Source: a bacterium (lineage in GTDB: Bacteria > Hinthialibacterota > Hinthialibacteria > Hinthialibacterales > Hinthialibacteraceae). From it: DNA of 64,000 nt. This document shows, piece by piece, positions 1 to 9,514 of the stretch (positions within the stretch are counted from its first letter, which is position 1; every line of letters starts with the position of its first letter). A program made the position numbers and the translations under genes. Below the pieces are notes generated by a model. The model was not told the origin of the DNA and ran no database searches. It saw only the letters and a list, made by a program, of their open reading frames with translations. Where the stretch lies: the NCBI GenBank assembly GCA_963663405.2, contig CAXXSM010000141.1, positions 1 through 64,000 on the forward strand, written 5' to 3'.

Positions 1-444
1 CACAACAAATTTTTGATTTAAGGGGAAAATTGCTTGAATTGAGAATACACAAGATGAGAGGATTTTTCAAATAATATGGTAATATATCTACCTTATTATA
101 ATATGTTTAACTCATTAATTATTAAATTTTATCTTATATAATATTCTTATATGTTAGCCGATTTTGCATCCGTGTACCTTTAGTTTCAAAGAAATGAACA
201 CTCAACTCACACAAAAACAAAGGTTTATGACGATTTTTTAGAAAAAATTCAGTCATTCAAACTAAAAAGGTCAATGAATGCATGACTTGAGAAAATCATC
301 ATACCACGAATTCCACCGGATAGACACAATCCTGTTTACCATCCTGACCGGCATCGATTACTCAATCAATCGAGTTATGAATACACACCTTGTAAAATCC
401 AAAGTTTTATAAATCATACATTCTTACTTTGGTCTCATGAGAAA

Positions 445-924
445 ATGCCTTCCACAAAAGACCATCAACACGCCGCATTTACACAGAATTTCATTGAGGC
501 GATGAAGTTAAAACATTACTCCCTGGTCGGTTGTGAGATCATGTACAACCATTATGGGGATCGGGGCGTGATTGATGTTGTGCTTCGGAAAGATTCTCCG
601 GACCAGAAACGATCAATTTGGTTGATCTGTGAAATGAAACCTCGGCTCTATGATATTGGTGAAACCATCCGGCAAGTTCACCGTGCGGAAGAGTATTTCT
701 GCCGCGCCCGGCCGGATATGAAGATACAAGGTTGGGAGAATGAATATCGTTTTGTCCTAGTCCTGGAAGCGGATAAACAGAATCTGTATCAAGTGGAAAG
801 TCTTCACCGGGATCTCTTTGCTGGGATTGATGTGATGTATCATCACAGGGATTCTCATCAGGTCGATACAATTGAACGCATGCGTGAGATCATGAATGCG
901 ATTTTGACCGTGCAAAACCGCTGA
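445..924 (+). CDS. PD-(D/E)xK nuclease-fold protein
   Basis: GVIDVV...ICEMKP...IGETIRQ matches the D...ExK plus downstream Q-helix pattern. Confidence 0.6.
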   Translation: MPSTKDHQHAAFTQNFIEAMKLKHYSLVGCEIMYNHYGDRGVIDVVLRKDSPDQKRSIWLICEMKPRLYDIGETIRQVHRAEEYFCRARPDMKIQGWENEYRFVLVLEADKQNLYQVESLHRDLFAGIDVMYHHRDSHQVDTIERMREIMNAILTVQNR

Positions 925-936
925 TTTTTCAATCCG

Positions 937-2184
937 TCAAATTTTCGTTCGATCGATATCCAAAAGGCTTATCCTCAAAATTTTCTTCTCTAAATCTTGT
1001 ATCCGTTGGGCGATCAGATAGCCTTCTTTCTTCCAAACTCTCGCTATTCGAATTTTCTTGAGCGCTTCCTCTATTCTTCCAGTCAGAAGATTTCTCATGG
1101 AATCACGCAACGATTGATTAATCGCGATTTCCCGATTCTCAATCCTCGTTTCTAACTCCTCGATCTCCGATTCCAATCCAATCTTTTGCTGTTCATCCAG
1201 TATCTCTTTCTTCAATTTCCTCCGTTCTTTTAGACTCATTTTGTCCATCAGTTGGCGCTGTTTTGCAGAAAACAGACTGGAATCCAGAGCCAGGAGTCGT
1301 TCATTGAGTGTTTTAAGAGAATCCAGTGATTTCTTCAAATAGCGATTCGATTGAAACGTCATTTGTATTTTCTGAGCGAGCAAGGATCGGGCTCGGGGAT
1401 TCCCTCCGTAATGTTGAATGGAAGAATCCAGTTCATCAAACGATGTCTTCATCTGTTTCATGCTGGACTGCATTTTTTTGATTCCAGGAATACCGACTTT
1501 CTTCAAAGAGTTCGCTTCATCGGATAATTTCTTGTTGGTGATTCGATCGGGATCGTTGTAGGAGAGTTTATGTAATTTGACTTTCAGAGCTTCACCCGGA
1601 CTCCTGGCACTCATCTTTGCTAGTGCTTTCACCAGAGAGACAAGAAATGCGATTGCGAGTAATCGATATAGAAAAGGATTGATTGTACTTGCCAGATCAT
1701 TCAAATTTGGATCGATGGTTGTGACCACCAACATCATTACAATCAACGTTAAAAGAAAAGAGAGAATCGGATTCATTTTCAAATACGAAAAAATGTGATA
1801 GAGCATAATCCCAAACAAAAGCGTCAAAATGACGATCGCCACCGTCCCAAATGAAGATAGAGTAAACTGATATCTCTTTTCCGCAGAAATCATAGAAAAG
1901 GCCAAAACTAACCCAATCCCCAAACTGACCGCTCTTCCTGCTCTACCAGGAAATCTCTTTCGAAGACTGAAATGAGCGGTTCCGATAAAGATAAGAGCAA
2001 AAATGAAAAAATCGATGATGCTAGAATGACGAAGATAAACATGGGTTGGATCGAGGATAGTATCCCACTGAGTCAAAGCAGAGAATCCATTGGGAACTGA
2101 CGATCTTGTGAATGTCCACGCGTGATGATCTATCCCATTTGCTATTCGATTTATTATCATGGATTCATATTTGTTCCTACTCAA
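937..2184 (-). CDS. Membrane protein with about 5 TM helices and a long basic coiled-coil C-terminus
   Basis: Hydrophobic runs in the N-terminal half; K/E/L-rich heptad-like C-terminal half. True start may be downstream of the listed one. Confidence 0.7.
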   Translation of the reverse strand: MSRNKYESMIINRIANGIDHHAWTFTRSSVPNGFSALTQWDTILDPTHVYLRHSSIIDFFIFALIFIGTAHFSLRKRFPGRAGRAVSLGIGLVLAFSMISAEKRYQFTLSSFGTVAIVILTLLFGIMLYHIFSYLKMNPILSFLLTLIVMMLVVTTIDPNLNDLASTINPFLYRLLAIAFLVSLVKALAKMSARSPGEALKVKLHKLSYNDPDRITNKKLSDEANSLKKVGIPGIKKMQSSMKQMKTSFDELDSSIQHYGGNPRARSLLAQKIQMTFQSNRYLKKSLDSLKTLNERLLALDSSLFSAKQRQLMDKMSLKERRKLKKEILDEQQKIGLESEIEELETRIENREIAINQSLRDSMRNLLTGRIEEALKKIRIARVWKKEGYLIAQRIQDLEKKILRISLLDIDRTKI

Positions 2185-2238
2185 ATATAAATGTTACGAT
2201 TGGAAATTCATTGAAAATTAGTCGAACCGTCAGAGTAA

Positions 2239-2376
2239 ATTTCCTGTGGAAACTCATTTTCAATTGTGATATGTGTGAAAAAATTTGTATTTTGGATGTA
2301 TGTTTTTTATTTTCTATATTGTAAGTAATAAAATAGTAACAATTAACTTATTTTATAATTATGTTCCACAGGAAAT
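2239..2376. promoter_or_regulatory. Putative archaeal-type replication origin: inverted ORB-like boxes flanking an AT-rich unwinding tract
   Basis: ATTTCCTGTGGAA (2239-2251) and TTCCACAGGAAAT (2364-2376) are exact reverse complements. The sequence between them is very AT-rich and lies directly upstream of cdc6. Confidence 0.65.
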
Positions 2377-2454
2377 CTTCCCTTCCAGTTCTCTGTCTTC
2401 ACTCTTTCAGGACAAAAAAAGATTTAAATAGTAAAAGGCTCCTTCTTATGCGGC

Positions 2455-3726
2455 ATGAGTCAGAAGATTTCCTATGGAACCGATCCGTCCACCTCGACAA
2501 CGAGCACAGAATCCCTGATTCAAGAAGCGTTTCTCCATATTGAAGACAAGAAAATCACGCTGAATCCTTCCTATCTCGATGATGAAAAACTGACTGAATC
2601 TGAACGAGTGATGGTATTACAGGAGATCTTTCAACGCAATATCCGCCAACAACAACTGCATCGATTGGCCAAATACTTGTCCCCGGTGCTCGCCGGAGAT
2701 TCGCCGGCCAATCTCCTGATCTACGGCCCGTCCGGGGCGGGCAAATCGGTCACCTGCCTACATTTTCTCAACGCTTTGGCCTCCATGTGCGGCGTCAAAA
2801 AGATCCAGTTTCAATATTATTATGTGGATCTCACCACACCGAAAACCTGTTTTGGCGCCTTGAACGAGTTGGCGTTATCCCTAGATGGGACTACCAAACG
2901 GTACCGTAAGGGCATCGCGCTGGACCAGATGCAGGAGACTGTCATCCGGGCGCTGACGACCCGCCATGACTTGGTCTGCATTGTGGTGGACGAGGTCGAT
3001 AATGTCACCTCCAACAGCGATCTCTTTTACACGTTCTTAGCCAAAACCCTGCCCAAACGGGTTCCCGTCCGCCTGTTTTACCTCTTGTTGACCAACCGGA
3101 TCGAATGGGACAAAACCCTGGATCCTCGAATTCTCTCCGTGCTCAAAAAGACGGATATCATTTTTGAGCCCTACGACGCCATGGATCTGATCGAAATCTT
3201 GAATCTCCGGGTGGAGAAAGCCCTCGACACCCGAAAAGTCGATCCCGCGGCGATCCGGAAAATCGCCGCGTACGCGTCACGGGAGAATGGGGACGCGCGC
3301 AAAGCCATCGAGTTGTTGGTCAAAGGAGTCAAAATCGCCGAAGATTCAACTGGTTATTTAGGCGTGCGTGAAGTGGATGAGGCGGATTCCTTACTGGAGA
3401 TCGACAAAACCGAACAGTTAATCCACGCTCTCGCGCCCCAACAGAAATGCGCCCTCTTGGCCTGCTATACCGGATTGCAAAACTCACATGAAAAGCTCTG
3501 GACCGGGCCCGCTTATGATATTTATCGATCCATCTGTGACCAGCGGAATGTGCGGACACTCACGCAGCGACGATTCTCTGATATCGTCAGTTTTTTGGAT
3601 ATTTATGGATTAATCAACGCCCGGGTAATCTCAAAGGGGCGGTATGGAAAAACTCGTGAGTTGTCTTCCTCTCTCCCAGAAAAAGTCGTCCATAAAGTCT
3701 TCAAGACCTGTGGGCAAAATCTTTAG
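2455..3726 (+). CDS. cdc6: Orc1/Cdc6 family replication initiator (AAA+ plus C-terminal winged helix)
   Basis: Walker A GPSGAGKS, Walker B VVDEVD, sensor-2 GDARKAIELL and C-terminal LTQRRFSDIVSFLDIYGLINARVISKGRYGKTR, all typical of archaeal Orc1/Cdc6. Confidence 0.92.
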   Translation: MSQKISYGTDPSTSTTSTESLIQEAFLHIEDKKITLNPSYLDDEKLTESERVMVLQEIFQRNIRQQQLHRLAKYLSPVLAGDSPANLLIYGPSGAGKSVTCLHFLNALASMCGVKKIQFQYYYVDLTTPKTCFGALNELALSLDGTTKRYRKGIALDQMQETVIRALTTRHDLVCIVVDEVDNVTSNSDLFYTFLAKTLPKRVPVRLFYLLLTNRIEWDKTLDPRILSVLKKTDIIFEPYDAMDLIEILNLRVEKALDTRKVDPAAIRKIAAYASRENGDARKAIELLVKGVKIAEDSTGYLGVREVDEADSLLEIDKTEQLIHALAPQQKCALLACYTGLQNSHEKLWTGPAYDIYRSICDQRNVRTLTQRRFSDIVSFLDIYGLINARVISKGRYGKTRELSSSLPEKVVHKVFKTCGQNL

Positions 3727-3742
3727 TTGTTCCCTTCCAGAA

Positions 3743-3982
3743 TTAATCGTTCCTATCCAGAAACAATGAATATTCCATTTTCTCAATGGTTCGTAAGGTC
3801 GAACGAAGAACGGTTTCTTCAAACCGGATCTCCGAAGAATTTTTGTGGAGATCTCGGCTTAATTCTTGCATACGATGACGGCAGGCATCAGCCATATTTC
3901 GCAGATCTCGGATTCTTTGAATCGTAATCCAACTTGGTGACTCATTCGCCAAAAAAGTCCGGTCTTCAAAGCAGGGATTCAT
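3743..3982 (-). CDS. Small hypothetical protein
   Basis: Start overlaps the stop of the upstream 3979-4287 ORF (ATGA coupling). Confidence 0.45.
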   Translation of the reverse strand: MNPCFEDRTFLANESPSWITIQRIRDLRNMADACRHRMQELSRDLHKNSSEIRFEETVLRSTLRTIEKMEYSLFLDRND

Positions 3983-4287
3983 GGTAGACGGTTAGGGATC
4001 GCCGGTTTGAAATGGGATTGGATCGGCGGATGGTCAAACTCCGGTTTTTTGAGAGTAAGCACCTCATACGCCTTCTTAAGAAGCAGGATTGCCTTGGGGA
4101 TATCATTGATATCAAGCCGGTGTGTGCTTTTAAAATGGCCACTTTCATTCTTGTAAATCCGTTCCACGACGACTTTCGCGCTGGTAAATAATTTTCCATC
4201 GGCGGATTGATGTGGATTCATCCAGATAGCGGCGCGAACCGCACCGGCTTTGAATTCCATCTCCGGCTTTGCGGCTATTCCAGTCAT
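3979..4287 (-). CDS. Small putative ssDNA-binding (PC4/whirly-like) protein
   Basis: KPEMEFKAGAVRAAIWMN...ERIYK...FKSTH...DIPKAIL pattern of a small family seen in mobile elements; function inferred. Confidence 0.55.
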   Translation of the reverse strand: MTGIAAKPEMEFKAGAVRAAIWMNPHQSADGKLFTSAKVVVERIYKNESGHFKSTHRLDINDIPKAILLLKKAYEVLTLKKPEFDHPPIQSHFKPAIPNRLP

Positions 4288-4539
4288 GGTTGATCACCGT
4301 ATTCCGGTTGTTTTTTGGGCGTAAATCGCCGTTTGCAGGATTTGCATTGGCGAATTCGAACGCGCCCTTCTTTCAATTTACGATAGCCCCGCCAAATTGT
4401 GTTTGACGATGAACAATAAGGACATTCAAACAGTTCTTCCATACTTGATCACCTGTAAATCAGTAAGTCTCGACATCTATATAAACCTTTCGTTTTTCGA
4501 ACCGAAACATCTATATGCTTTGCGCATATCTCCAATGGC

Positions 4540-5313
4540 ATGCTCATCCCACGAAGAAATCCAAATCCTCTGATTGCGGCGATCGACCGTGTTCACGATC
4601 GAGTGACAACAATCCAGGCCATCGCGCGGGATTTTTACGTGGCGGTGCTGCGAATGCGATACAAATGCCCACACTGCGGCCAAAAAATGAAGGTTCTCTC
4701 TCTTATGGTTTGGCGATGTTCCTGTGGTGTTCAGCTCGATCCGACAATCGAGTTTCAATCTAGCCCCTGTTGCAAAGCCAGGTTAACGAAGAAAGTGTAT
4801 CATTACGCCTGCGCGCAATGCGGCGCTGCGGTTCCATCTAAATTTCTCTTTGATGAAAGGCTGTTCGACGCGGACTATTTCAGAGAGCGGATGAAAGAAT
4901 CACGGGAACGGAAACAACAACTCCGGGAGAGGATGAGAAAACAACTTGCTGATTCCCGCTCGAAAGAACTGGAATTGGAGGATTATCCCCAATTGGAGAA
5001 CATAGCAGGATTGGAACAAGATTTAGATCGGTTGATCGGCGCCGAATCGGGGAATGATGAGTTTGCGTATGATCGTTCGGAAACGTTCTGCATGATCGAT
5101 TATCGTCACGCCATCTCCGCTCTTGTCAACGAGCGCGGCGTGCTGTTTTCAGAGATCCCAGTATTGCATCCATCCACATCGAAGGATCGAGTATGGCGGT
5201 TTATTACCTTGATTTTCATGGAACATGACCGGGAAGTCCATTTGCGGCAAGAGGGGGACGATATCTGGGTGTTCAAACGGGATTGCTATGAGGAGATCGA
5301 AAACCTTAAATAG
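4540..5313 (+). CDS. Zn-ribbon protein with ScpA/kleisin-like C-terminal winged helix
   Basis: CPHC, CSC, CC and CAQC clusters; C-terminal RVWRFITLIFMEHDREVHLRQEGDDIWV resembles the ScpA C-terminus. Confidence 0.55.
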   Translation: MLIPRRNPNPLIAAIDRVHDRVTTIQAIARDFYVAVLRMRYKCPHCGQKMKVLSLMVWRCSCGVQLDPTIEFQSSPCCKARLTKKVYHYACAQCGAAVPSKFLFDERLFDADYFRERMKESRERKQQLRERMRKQLADSRSKELELEDYPQLENIAGLEQDLDRLIGAESGNDEFAYDRSETFCMIDYRHAISALVNERGVLFSEIPVLHPSTSKDRVWRFITLIFMEHDREVHLRQEGDDIWVFKRDCYEEIENLK

Positions 5314-5680
5314 AACATCTATCTTGAAATGGTATGTGAAACTGACACAAAAGGATTTAGAGTTTATTCAACGGTTGAAAGGTTTGTTTGAGGAGAACGA
5401 TCTGTCGATCGAACTGAAGCAGACCGATCCGAAAACATTGGTGTTGCGAAAAAATTATGGGACGAAAATAGAGCGCGCGTTTGGCATGACGCGTCAGGGA
5501 ATCCGCTGGAGGTTCCAACGGTTACTGAACGATATTTACGTTAGCGCGTATGAAACGATCTATTGGATAGAATCCACCTTTGGTCCAAGCCTTCGTTCCC
5601 AGGCGCTTGAAATTGCGAAGCAACGAGTGACATTACGCAAACGAGTCAATCAAGCTAATCGATCCTACCGCCCTAAATAA
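5288..5680 (+). CDS. HTH-type DNA-binding protein
   Basis: IERAFGMTRQGIRWRF helix-turn-helix pattern; ATG at 5288 overlaps the previous gene. Confidence 0.55.
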   Translation: MRRSKTLNRTSILKWYVKLTQKDLEFIQRLKGLFEENDLSIELKQTDPKTLVLRKNYGTKIERAFGMTRQGIRWRFQRLLNDIYVSAYETIYWIESTFGPSLRSQALEIAKQRVTLRKRVNQANRSYRPK

Positions 5681-5681
5681 A

Positions 5682-6095
5682 ATGTCTTCCACAAAAATCG
5701 AGATCAATCACAACACAATAGCCCGACTGGAATCCACGGATGAGTTGGCGCGGATTCTCTTTCCGGATAACTCTAATCATCAAAAGATTTTTCTGTCGAT
5801 CTTTGTGGAACTGAAATGGGCCAAGGATCAGTTCTTACCGGTTCTGGATCCCATCGTGGATCAACTGGGTTTGAGCCGCCGGAGTTTGGAGACGGTTCGC
5901 GCCAAAATGCGGCGAATGGGGCTGATTGATCATGTCTCCCGGTTCAACAAAACCTACGGCTATCGGGAAGGTTGGGTGTTTTCTAACAAGTTCCCCCGGG
6001 CCCTAGTGAAAGTGGCCAATCTGGTTCTAAATTTCCGACAGAAGAAGGATTCCGTCCAGGAACAAAAAGAACGGGATTTGATATTTTATCTTTGA
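5682..6095 (+). CDS. Winged-helix DNA-binding protein
   Basis: IVDQLGLSRRSLETVRAKMRRMGLI wHTH pattern; starts 1 nt after the previous stop. Confidence 0.65.
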   Translation: MSSTKIEINHNTIARLESTDELARILFPDNSNHQKIFLSIFVELKWAKDQFLPVLDPIVDQLGLSRRSLETVRAKMRRMGLIDHVSRFNKTYGYREGWVFSNKFPRALVKVANLVLNFRQKKDSVQEQKERDLIFYL

Positions 6096-7134
6096 GAATT
6101 CTCTTTCGATTGCTGTAAAATACCCAAAAAATGAGTTCAATTCATGTTTCTCGTCGAGAAAACGATATGTATTAGTTCAATGGACCGCCTACACGATTGA
6201 CAACGTAAATACCCTCCTAAATTATCATCTTATTCTGCAAGAAAACCGCCTATTTTTTCATCTTTTAGCTGGAGTTCGCTTGTCCCCCCACCCCATTGAG
6301 CTCAAATCCCACGCTTTCGCACGGTTTTCGGTAGGCGATCATTTTTGGATGGTCCTCAAAAGTTGAGTCACGAAATTTTAACAAGGAAGAAAAAATGAAT
6401 TCGTTCAGAAACCGTCTATTTTGATCGAAAAGGCAGGGGTAAAAAAACAATCCCAGCCAGGGATTAATATTTCTTTAGGTTCTTACCTTTCCGCTCGTTC
6501 TCAGCCAGCCAAATACGCGGATCTTCATACCGCAGCCGGTAAATAATGTGTTCGACTTTTAGGTTGACTTCTTTGAGTTGTTCTTCGATCCAATCGGCGA
6601 TTTCATTCTCGGGTGTGTGGGGTGTGATTCGTTTCATGGGGCAAGGAGAATTGTCACTACTATTTAAAGGTTACGGTTTGCAGTCACTGAAGGGATACAA
6701 CAATCCTTTCAAAATAGAGTTGTCCAAACGCTCAAAACCGGAAGATTTATAAACCGGAGTGAATTCACTTCTGCGCAAGAACAACAAAACACAATCCGAA
6801 AGTAGAATCTTTTCCGCCAGGAAAATGAGATGACTTTCAGGTTGGAAGATCAAAAAAAGATCGCATGAAACCTTTGTCCGTATCCGGTTTGTCCCAACAA
6901 TCCGTTGAACAGCGAACGAACGGTCTGTGGTCAAGACATGAAATCCATACGGGACATTCCCGTCGAGAAACGTAAAATGGCGAAATTCGCCTAGTGAATA
7001 CTATCTGCATCTCTTCTCGATCAATCCGATCACATTTTTACCCAAGTCCGAATCCAAATTGCAAAACAACCTGGCAGGGCAGATACTGGCCTGCCAGGCC
7101 GTTTTGCCTCAACCATAACAATGGAGGTTCCAAA

Positions 7135-7398
7135 ATGAAAGAAACCAATCGAACAAGCAGCAACGTAGAAGCCCAGCATCAAACCGTTGTGTCACGAGCC
7201 GTATACGAAACGTTGACGCCGGAAGAAATCCATCATGCGTTCACGATTCTCTTTGAGAAGATGAAAGTTCCCGATCCAGCCAATCCCAACCTGTGGACCG
7301 TCCAGATCAACGGGCGGAGGTTATGGGGCATCCTGGATGAAGGAGCCGGAACCGATGGACAAAATCTGGTGTCGTTGATTTTTCCAGAGGATTACTAA
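7135..7398 (+). CDS. Small hypothetical protein with a C-terminal xxxFPEDY motif of mobile-element proteins
   Basis: GGAGG RBS before ATG 7135; ends in LIFPEDY. Confidence 0.6.
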   Translation: MKETNRTSSNVEAQHQTVVSRAVYETLTPEEIHHAFTILFEKMKVPDPANPNLWTVQINGRRLWGILDEGAGTDGQNLVSLIFPEDY

Positions 7399-7430
7399 TT
7401 CAATAAAAAAAATGAGGAGGTATCAAAACA

Positions 7431-7870
7431 ATGAAAAACACCAAAAGAAAAGGAAATCGAACGATGAAGGTCCATTACACTATCGTGGATGGAGAACATG
7501 AGTACTGTGAGACGATCTTCATAAAATCGGATGGTGAAAACAAAGAAGATCAAGCTTACAAGGAACTCGCTGCGATGTACGCGTATGATGCGGAGGACGA
7601 ACGCGAAATCATGGCTGCCTTTAACAACGAAGGAATGGCGATGATCGGTTGCCGGGCCATCAAGGATGTTACAGTCATGGATTTGGATGAAGTGACCGTC
7701 TTTGTGCGCGGCGGCGTCATTCAGGATATTCAAAAAGCATTCCCGCTGGCGTAAGAATCCGTGTCCAGGATTACGACGTGGACAATCTCACCGAGCAAGA
7801 GCTACGCGATGAAACGGAACCGGATGAAGAAGGCGATCCATGCATGGTTTTCACTTGGGAAAGTGAGTAA
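7431..7870 (+). CDS. Acidic hypothetical protein, frameshifted near 7740
   Basis: ORF 7431-7754 continues in another frame (VRIRVQDYDVDNLTEQ...) to a TAA at 7870. Confidence 0.5.
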
Positions 7871-8083
7871 TTCACTTTCCTTTTGCTCATTCCTTTCGCC
7901 ATAATCCCGCGTGAGGCGTCAATACTCCCTCTTATAAGCGATTTACCAAATCAACATCCATGACTCTGATGTTAAACTAAATCGTTTTCAATCAACATAG
8001 GCAAAAGGCCGGATGGAACCAAGTTCTGTCCGGTCTTTTCAATTTCACCGTAAACCACACCAATCAAAGAAAGGAAAAAGAAA

Positions 8084-8320
8084 ATGTGTATCAAAGAAAT
8101 CCAATGCCCGCATTGTGGAAATGAAGATGTGAAACGCATCCAACTCTGCGTCGTGCTTCCTTCCAGCATCTACCGCAATCTCTACCAGGACGATCGCGGT
8201 TTGATCTGGGCGGAAGAGGAAATCGACTGTGTCGAAGACGGAATCAATCCAGTAATGGAATATCTCTACTGCCAAAACTGTGAGAGAGATTTCACCGATC
8301 CTGGAATCAAGATCCAATGA
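8084..8320 (+). CDS. Small Zn-ribbon protein
   Basis: CPHC...CQNC; AAGGA RBS. Confidence 0.6.
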   Translation: MCIKEIQCPHCGNEDVKRIQLCVVLPSSIYRNLYQDDRGLIWAEEEIDCVEDGINPVMEYLYCQNCERDFTDPGIKIQ

Positions 8321-8377
8321 GCTGATCTTAATCCGTCAACAAGTAATTCAGGGCCTATAGCCCGCAAACGAAACAGC

Positions 8378-8401
8378 CCCGGCGTCTGCCGGGATTTTTT
8401 T
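8378..8401 (+). terminator. Rho-independent terminator-like hairpin
   Basis: CCCGGC-GTCT-GCCGGG followed by a T run. Confidence 0.55.
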
Positions 8402-8419
8402 ATTAGAAAGGAAAATGAG

Positions 8420-9514
8420 ATGAACACTATTACCTGTCAACTTTGTGGAGAGTCAATCCATGGCTCCTTGTATGGTCACTTGGGTGAATGTCACCGTACA
8501 ACAGCGCAAGAGTATCTGAAGCAATATCCAGGCGCGCCTTTGGTGGCTCCAGAATTGCTCAACCAGATCCAATCCGGCAAAACCGTCAAACGAACGCCCG
8601 TCCAAGCCACAGCGGAATTCAGGATTCATGATGCGGCGCTGAAAAAGAGAAATGGAACAAGCCCTATAGTGCCTAAACCTGACTCACATTATCAATTCCC
8701 GCCCGAAGCCGCCTACCTGATCCACGCCATTAACCACCAGGAAAATGTCATGATTGTCGGTCCGACCGGCACCGGGAAGAGTTCGCTGGTCATGCAGCTC
8801 GCCGCTCAGACCAATACTCCTCTAAGGCGCTGCAACCTGAATGGTGAGACCACAGTCTCTGATTTCTTGGGCCGCTGGACCGTCCGCGGGAAAGAGATGG
8901 TTTATAGCGAAGGCATCTTGCCCACCGCGATGAAAAACGGAGATTGGCTGCTACTCGATGAAATCGATGCGGCTCTGCCGAATATTCTGTTTGTGCTCCA
9001 GAGCGTGCTCGAAGAATGCGGCAAGCTCACGCTACTTGATAAAGACGGTGAGATTATCGCACCCCATCCAGATTTTCGCATCATCGCCACAGCCAATACG
9101 CTTGGTAATGGGGATGAAACTGGGCTATACGCTGGTACGCAGATTCTCAATGAAGCCTTTAAAGACCGCTTCGATACAGTCATCTACCTGGATTACCCGG
9201 ATGAGAAGACTGAGACCGAAATCCTCTCTCAAAAAGTCTCCAGCCTAAAAAAGACCGATATCAGACGTCTGGTGAAATGCGCACGCCAGGTCCGAGAAGC
9301 GGCGGAACGCGAAGAATGCTATTGCAGTTTCTCCACACGGCGGTTGCTCGCGTTCGCCAGGAAATACGATCAACTAGGCAATCTAACCAAAGCGTTGGAA
9401 CTAACTGTTCTCAACAAGCTCTCCCGTGATGACCGGCGCGTCGTTGAAGAGATCGCACAGCGTCGCTTGGGAGATCTCATGAATCCTCAACCGAAAGGAG
9501 CGAATGAAAAATGA
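8420..9514 (+). CDS. MoxR/CbbQ/CobS-like AAA+ ATPase with N-terminal C2H2-like finger
   Basis: GPTGTGKS, LLLDEIDAA, FRIIATANT, DRF, FSTRRL; N-terminal CQLC...H..CH. Confidence 0.88.
   Translation: MNTITCQLCGESIHGSLYGHLGECHRTTAQEYLKQYPGAPLVAPELLNQIQSGKTVKRTPVQATAEFRIHDAALKKRNGTSPIVPKPDSHYQFPPEAAYLIHAINHQENVMIVGPTGTGKSSLVMQLAAQTNTPLRRCNLNGETTVSDFLGRWTVRGKEMVYSEGILPTAMKNGDWLLLDEIDAALPNILFVLQSVLEECGKLTLLDKDGEIIAPHPDFRIIATANTLGNGDETGLYAGTQILNEAFKDRFDTVIYLDYPDEKTETEILSQKVSSLKKTDIRRLVKCARQVREAAEREECYCSFSTRRLLAFARKYDQLGNLTKALELTVLNKLSRDDRRVVEEIAQRRLGDLMNPQPKGANEK

Noticed and set aside
1-300. AT-rich start as an att site or IS end
   Set aside because: No tRNA-Gly 3' duplicate or matching inverted repeat was recognised.
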